Shown here: in pieces, positions 19,935 through 20,768 of the stretch
How positions within the stretch are numbered: position 1 is the first letter of the stretch
How the letters are laid out: every line of letters starts with the position of its first letter
NCBI GenBank assembly: GCA_040754655.1
Contig: JBFMCE010000069.1
Span: 1 to 20,768 of the forward strand
DNA: 20,768 nt
From: Bdellovibrionota bacterium
Lineage (GTDB): Bacteria; Bdellovibrionota; UBA1018; UBA923
Direction: 5' to 3'
Translations under genes and position numbers: made by a program
The notes under the pieces: model-generated
Databases searched by the model: none
Told to the model about the DNA's origin: nothing
The model's input: the letters and a program-made list of their open reading frames with translations, nothing else

Positions 19935-20768
19935 ATGGGGCAAGGGGTAGTGACGTTTAAAAACATGACGATCGCGCGCCAACCCGGCGAACTCGCTCGG
20001 TTTAGAGTCTTGGGCGGACCCGACCATGGCGTCGTCTTTGTTGCCACCGTGCCGAACGTCATCATTGGGCGGGGAGAAGAGAGCAATGTCACGCTTTCAG
20101 ATCTTAAGGCCTCTCGCAAGCACGCTGAGGTTTCGATCACGGGCGCTTTAGCCACGCTCAAAGACTTGGGCAGCGCCAACGGAGTTTTGGTGAACGGAGT
20201 GCCGTTCAAACAGATCCAACTTAAAAGCGGCGACAAAATCGGCCTGGGCGAAACTGTTCTCGAGTTCATTGGCACTGATTTGGGCGCCACTCAAGTCTTG
20301 CGGACCGCTCCGAACAAGAGCGCCGCCGTCGTGGGGAGCGGAATAAGCGGCTTGACGCAGTTTGTTCAGCGCCCTGTTCAGCCTGGCCTTGCAAGCCATG
20401 CGACTTCGATTTCGGGGGTTAAAGGCGGGGGTTCATTCGTAGAGAGAAATCGAAAAGTGCTTTTAAGCCTTGGCGCTCTTATGGCTCTCGCTGCGCTGCT
20501 CCCGCAGGTTGAGCAAAAACAGCGCGAAAAGAGAAACAGATACATCGAACCAAAGGAATTGGAAGCCGGGCGCAGCTTGAGCTCGTATATGCCGTTATCG
20601 ATCGATGAAAACGCGCTCAAGAACGCGGATATTTATTTTCGGGAGGGATTCAGGGAATATCGCGCCAGAAATTACCTCAGGGCGCAAATCGCATTTGAGA
20701 CCTCGTTGCAGATTTACGGCGATCACGCGCTCTCGAGGATTTACCTGCAGTCGACCAAGAAAGCGATC
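19935..20768 (+). CDS. FHA domain - TM - TPR-like protein, truncated by the window end (absent from the ORF track)
   Basis: ATG directly follows the upstream TAA and the frame stays open for 278 codons to the window end: MGQGVVTF...IIGRGEESNVTLSDLKASRKHA...DLGSANGVLVNG (FHA), RNRKVLLSLGALMALAALLP (TM), ADIYFREGFREYRARNYLRAQIAFETSLQIYGDHALSRIY (TPR-like). Confidence 0.87.
   Translation, partial: MGQGVVTFKNMTIARQPGELARFRVLGGPDHGVVFVATVPNVIIGRGEESNVTLSDLKASRKHAEVSITGALATLKDLGSANGVLVNGVPFKQIQLKSGDKIGLGETVLEFIGTDLGATQVLRTAPNKSAAVVGSGISGLTQFVQRPVQPGLASHATSISGVKGGGSFVERNRKVLLSLGALMALAALLPQVEQKQREKRNRYIEPKELEAGRSLSSYMPLSIDENALKNADIYFREGFREYRARNYLRAQIAFETSLQIYGDHALSRIYLQSTKKAI

Noticed and set aside
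19688..20290. 200 aa minus-strand ORF
   Set aside because: Antisense to the two FHA genes, which carry clear motifs on the plus strand.

Overview
This is a bacterial chromosomal window with roughly balanced GC. Gene content and style suggest a predatory Bdellovibrionota/Oligoflexia-like or other deltaproteobacteria-like organism (inference). It has four blocks. (1) 9-6987 (+): a sigma-54 enhancer-binding protein with a PocR-like sensor, then a propionyl-CoA carboxylase (carboxyltransferase, separate biotin carboxylase and biotin carrier) and the substrate-binding subunit of a B12-dependent methylmalonyl-CoA mutase. (2) ~7000-11750: an AT-richer accessory patch with several secreted hypothetical proteins, a DUF4242 gene, an internally deleted second DUF4242 remnant missed by the ORF track, and a Tat-exported aldonolactone oxidase. 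(3) 11749-16993 (-): yihY, a secreted hypothetical protein, dppB/dppC-like permeases, nagZ and an outer-membrane barrel, possibly a peptidoglycan salvage unit. (4) 17018-end (+): tadC, DUF192 and two membrane-anchored FHA proteins (the second truncated), resembling the Tad/FHA predation loci of Bdellovibrio and Myxococcus. No rRNA, tRNA, CRISPR array or transposase was recognised.
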